The notes under the pieces were generated by a model. That model did not search any database and was not told where the DNA came from. It was given only the letters and a program-made list of their open reading frames with translations. The position numbers were made by a program, and so were the translations under genes. From IMG/VR virus record IMGVR_UViG_3300005573_000126, positions 1-49,299 of that record: a stretch of 49,299 nucleotides of DNA; one strand, given 5' to 3'. The DNA comes from a virus. Lineage: Duplodnaviria; Caudoviricetes. Of the stretch, positions 45,683 through 49,299 are shown one piece after another. Each line of letters opens with the position of its first letter. Positions within the stretch are counted from its first letter, which is position 1.

Positions 45683-47922
45683 GCATGTTTACAGAACTCG
45701 TCAATGAATTTACAGCACTCATAGAGGCTGTATTTGAAAAGAAGGTGCAGGAACGCAAAATCAATGCACCGGAAATGGCATCGTCATTGGACGAGTTTGA
45801 AAATATTTACATGCAGGATTACGATGGCGATGAGCCTATTGAACAAGGTTTTTTCAGAACTTTTTTACATTGGCTGGAACAATACTATGACTATCATAGA
45901 AATTACGATTCAGTAGATACGATTACCAAGATAAAATGGTTATCAGCGAATCCTGTTACAAATCCGAATAACGGTGAAATACCAGCTGTTGTAAAAAATC
46001 TTGTATTAACTGGTGCCGGAGTAAAGCCAACTGTACCCAACCCAGATACAATGCTACCTTTTGAGATGAGCTGGGATTTGGGAAGTAACATTCTGGAAGG
46101 GCAATTCGCATACAATAGCACAGATAATAAATGGTATTACAGGAAAGGCAATCAAATCCTTGAACTTAAAGCAGGGTTAAATCTTTCAACCTCTGACATA
46201 AGTAATCTTGATACAACGCTAAACAACTATAATGTTCGTATAACGTCAGCAGAAGGGAATATAACCAACCTGCAAAATTCTGTAAATGGTATAAATACAA
46301 CATTATCTAACGTACAAACCACAGTAAATAATCAAGGGAATAGTATTAATAGCCTTCAGACGAATGTAAATAATATTCAAACTAACTATTTACAAAAGGC
46401 TGAAGCACAAAATCTGTACTCATTAAAAGACCACAATCACGATTTAGTATATGCTACCATAAGCAATCTGAATCAATTACAGGATAAAATTTTTGATGAA
46501 ACAGGAAATTATTTTGACCCAATCAATATAAAACCACTTACGATTGAAACAAAGATGCTACGTACCGGTAGCAAATCAGAAATGTTTCAGGTGAGTGGCG
46601 CCCTGTTCATAACAAATATGGACTATTGGGCAACCCCACCAGTTAAGAATGAAAATATACTGAGTATCATTTGTTCAAACGCAAAGCTCACTCATTTACA
46701 GTTTTATAATTCACAGACTGGACAAGATGAAGTAAAATCATGGAACTTGACAGCCGGCAAACCGCAAGGAGAAACACAGGATGGACGATGGGCAAATTTA
46801 GATAGTGGAACTGCATACTACATTTATGCACTTTGCAGCAAATCTGACAATACTGGACAGATTATACTCGATGCTTTGCCAAGACAGGTTGAAAATGATT
46901 CAAATACAGCTTATTACTTTTTCCTGATTGGTGTTTTGCATACGCCGGTAAATGGTGTAAGGGCAATAAGTTTGACTTACGGGCAAACAGCTATCAATGG
47001 TAAATTTATTAAAACCGGTAAAATTGAAAGTCTTGATGGTCAGACATATTTTGATTTGGACAATGGAATCATAGGAGGCAGGATAACGTTTCTTCCGGGT
47101 TCAGGTGGTTATTCAAATTTATCAGACAAACCAAATTCTTTAACCGACATAAATTCAACAGAGGGCAACAAACTGGCTGGCATTGCTGATGGAGCAGATA
47201 ATACAAAGACGACTATTGATGGCGGTCTTGTAACAACCGGTAAAATAATACTTCAGGATGGTGCATCGGTACAAAAAGCAGGTATAACGGCAGAAGGTTC
47301 AGGAGACAGTCAAGTAAGGATATGGGCTGGTGCCACTTACAACAACCGCAGCACAGCGCCTTTTAGAGTTTTACAGGATGGTTCAATGTATGCAACAAAA
47401 GGGACAATTGCCGGTTGGAATTTAGCAGCAGATGCACTTTATACTGGAACAAAATCATTGGCAAGTGGTTATAACCCTAATACAGCAATTACTATTGGCG
47501 CTGATGGCTCAATTCACACAAGGAATTTTTACATTAATTCAGATGGTACTTTAGGTTTTAGAACATCGGTTTTAGGGAAAAGGATTGAAATTGATTCTAT
47601 AAACAATAAATTCACATTATATGCGAATGATGGTGTAAGTTATATTGAAATAGACGATACAGTTGGAAGTTATAATTACCCAATAATACATATTGCATAC
47701 GGCACACATAACAATAGCTATTTAACAGGACTTGGTATAAGTGTTGAGGATACTAATATAGGCACACTATTTTATTGGTTTGCTACAAAACCATTTTTAT
47801 ATACAATGGCAACACCATTGGTTATAAAAGGGTTACCATTGAGAAACAGAGATTCTGGAGATTGGGCTAATGTTAATGTAAGGGTAAGCACAGGGGAAGT
47901 TTATTTAACAACAGATGACTAA
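45679..47922 (+). CDS. tail fiber/spike protein
   Basis: Coiled-coil N/T/Q heptads, TTIDGGLVTTG, APFRVLQDGSMYATKGTIAGW beta-repeat motifs. Confidence 0.75.
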   Translation: MSMFTELVNEFTALIEAVFEKKVQERKINAPEMASSLDEFENIYMQDYDGDEPIEQGFFRTFLHWLEQYYDYHRNYDSVDTITKIKWLSANPVTNPNNGEIPAVVKNLVLTGAGVKPTVPNPDTMLPFEMSWDLGSNILEGQFAYNSTDNKWYYRKGNQILELKAGLNLSTSDISNLDTTLNNYNVRITSAEGNITNLQNSVNGINTTLSNVQTTVNNQGNSINSLQTNVNNIQTNYLQKAEAQNLYSLKDHNHDLVYATISNLNQLQDKIFDETGNYFDPINIKPLTIETKMLRTGSKSEMFQVSGALFITNMDYWATPPVKNENILSIICSNAKLTHLQFYNSQTGQDEVKSWNLTAGKPQGETQDGRWANLDSGTAYYIYALCSKSDNTGQIILDALPRQVENDSNTAYYFFLIGVLHTPVNGVRAISLTYGQTAINGKFIKTGKIESLDGQTYFDLDNGIIGGRITFLPGSGGYSNLSDKPNSLTDINSTEGNKLAGIADGADNTKTTIDGGLVTTGKIILQDGASVQKAGITAEGSGDSQVRIWAGATYNNRSTAPFRVLQDGSMYATKGTIAGWNLAADALYTGTKSLASGYNPNTAITIGADGSIHTRNFYINSDGTLGFRTSVLGKRIEIDSINNKFTLYANDGVSYIEIDDTVGSYNYPIIHIAYGTHNNSYLTGLGISVEDTNIGTLFYWFATKPFLYTMATPLVIKGLPLRNRDSGDWANVNVRVSTGEVYLTTDD

Positions 47923-47924
47923 CA

Positions 47925-49299
47925 ATGGCAGAATTATATCCAAATAAAATAAAGGTTCTTATAGGGGTAAACTTGGCAGGAGAGTTACCCGAGCCGATAG
48001 ATTTGCCAGAAAATGACCCAAATTACAAGAAAAATTATTTACAAGACGGTGAATGGGCACATAACATTACAAATGGGATATATTATCAAAGAGTTGGAGA
48101 AGACATTTATTCAACATATAACCCTGAATTTGTTTTCGATTCTACGCACCCACAGAGATGGAACGAAACAAAAGCATATTCAGAAGGAGAAATTTGTGCT
48201 TTAGAGATTGATGGTCTTACGTATATTTTTTGGGCATTATCAGATATTGAGGCTGGTTTGTACCCAAAAGATAGACCAGATATTTGGTTTGATATGGCAC
48301 AGATTGAAGTGCCAACCATACCGGAAGCAATAAAAGACCTTTCAGTTAACAGTGAAAATTACATCACTAAATCTGAAAAAGGTGCAGCAAATGGAGTCGC
48401 AACACTTGATTCTACCGGGCAAATACCGGTAAATCAAATACCATTGGATTTGCCTGCACTTGAAGATTATCTTACTACAAGCGAGGGTGATTTAAGATAT
48501 GCTACACCGTCACATAATCATGATGGTATTTACACAAAAATTCAGGAGTTAGACGAATTAAAAAATGCAATCTTTGACCAAGACGGATACTTTACTGATA
48601 AAATAAGACCATTGTCAATTGAAACAGCATTATTATCTGTTGGTCAACGGTCATCTAACTTGACAATTGAGGGAGTTACTTTTGATGCCAATTATACAGG
48701 TGACAAATCAAAATTTAAAATAACATCAGTTAATGGTAAACTATACCATTTTTCAATCGAAGAAGAAATAAGGGAATGGAATGTAATTGATAACCTTATA
48801 ACCGGTTTGGTTGACAATACTGCATATTACATATATGCTGTTTGTGACATTGGAGGGAATAATTGTGAAATTTTATTAAGTACTGAAAAATATAAAGTAA
48901 CCAATGAAGATAAAGGAGATTACATTCATTATTACTTTTTAATTGGAATGCTTCATTCAGTAAGGAATGGATTTAGGGGAATATCAATGACTTATGGTCA
49001 AACTACCATTAACGGTCGGTTAGTTACTACCGGTAAAATACAAAGCCAAGACGGTCAAACATATTTTGACCTTGATGCCGGTGAAATTAAAGGCAAAATA
49101 GTGTTCCGGTCAGGATTGGATGATTCCCAAATTGAACAGGAAATAAATACAGCGCAGTCAACAGCAAATTCGGCACAGACAGCAGCCAACAATGCGCAGT
49201 CAACGGCGAACAGTGCTTTATCTACGGCTAACAATGCAGCTACACAGGCAGCAGCAATTGCACCTGATGACAGTTCGCTGAAATTACGGTACCGGTTTG
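47925..49299 (+). CDS. second tail fiber protein, paralog of 45679-47922 (truncated by window; not in ORF track)
   Basis: Open from ATG 47925 (MAELYPNKIK) to the window end; KGAANGVATLD, HNHD, IRPLSIET, TAYYIYAVC, TYGQTTING, DGQTYFDLD; AQSTAN repeats. Confidence 0.8.
   Translation, partial: MAELYPNKIKVLIGVNLAGELPEPIDLPENDPNYKKNYLQDGEWAHNITNGIYYQRVGEDIYSTYNPEFVFDSTHPQRWNETKAYSEGEICALEIDGLTYIFWALSDIEAGLYPKDRPDIWFDMAQIEVPTIPEAIKDLSVNSENYITKSEKGAANGVATLDSTGQIPVNQIPLDLPALEDYLTTSEGDLRYATPSHNHDGIYTKIQELDELKNAIFDQDGYFTDKIRPLSIETALLSVGQRSSNLTIEGVTFDANYTGDKSKFKITSVNGKLYHFSIEEEIREWNVIDNLITGLVDNTAYYIYAVCDIGGNNCEILLSTEKYKVTNEDKGDYIHYYFLIGMLHSVRNGFRGISMTYGQTTINGRLVTTGKIQSQDGQTYFDLDAGEIKGKIVFRSGLDDSQIEQEINTAQSTANSAQTAANNAQSTANSALSTANNAATQAAAIAPDDSSLKLRYRF

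Noticed and set aside
1-49299. Stop-codon reassignment, DGR, tRNA genes, integrase
   Set aside because: Genes are intact under code 11 with TAA, TGA and TAG all used as stops; no reverse transcriptase, TR/VR pair, cloverleaf or recombinase motif seen

Overview
49.3-kb segment of an AT-rich tailed dsDNA phage, probably a podovirus of a Bacteroidota host. The host call rests on a Bacteroidota-type sigma70 gene, TAnnTTTG promoter boxes and A-rich leaders with no Shine-Dalgarno sequence. Layout: (1) 1-9.8 kb rightward early/replication block with small ORFs, a lytic transglycosylase-like protein, C5-methyltransferase-like protein, HARP/SNF2 helicase, VRR-NUC nuclease, an initiator with internal 12-bp iterons, dUTPase, an HTH protein and a phage-encoded sigma factor. 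(2) 10-14.7 kb leftward early operon with a structured GC-rich non-coding leader, phiEco32-like COOH-NH2 ligase, class II glutamine amidotransferase and RadC/JAB. (3) 14.8-18 kb leftward tail protein and putative TerS. (4) 18-36 kb ejection proteins, a 4766-aa DarB-like polyvalent protein and the portal. (5) 36-40 kb leftward TerL/NinB/SSB block. (6) 40-49 kb scaffold, major capsid, lysis cassette, adaptor and two paralogous tail proteins. No integrase, tRNA, CRISPR array or reverse transcriptase was seen. Most notable: a likely overprinted gene inside the giant protein, a ~1.07-kb strand-specific AAA void that removes all Phe from 336 residues of a tail protein, a candidate ncRNA, and a sigma factor with a rewired region 4.2 plus a shared motif upstream of both late operons. 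All family assignments come from reading motifs by eye; no database searches were run.
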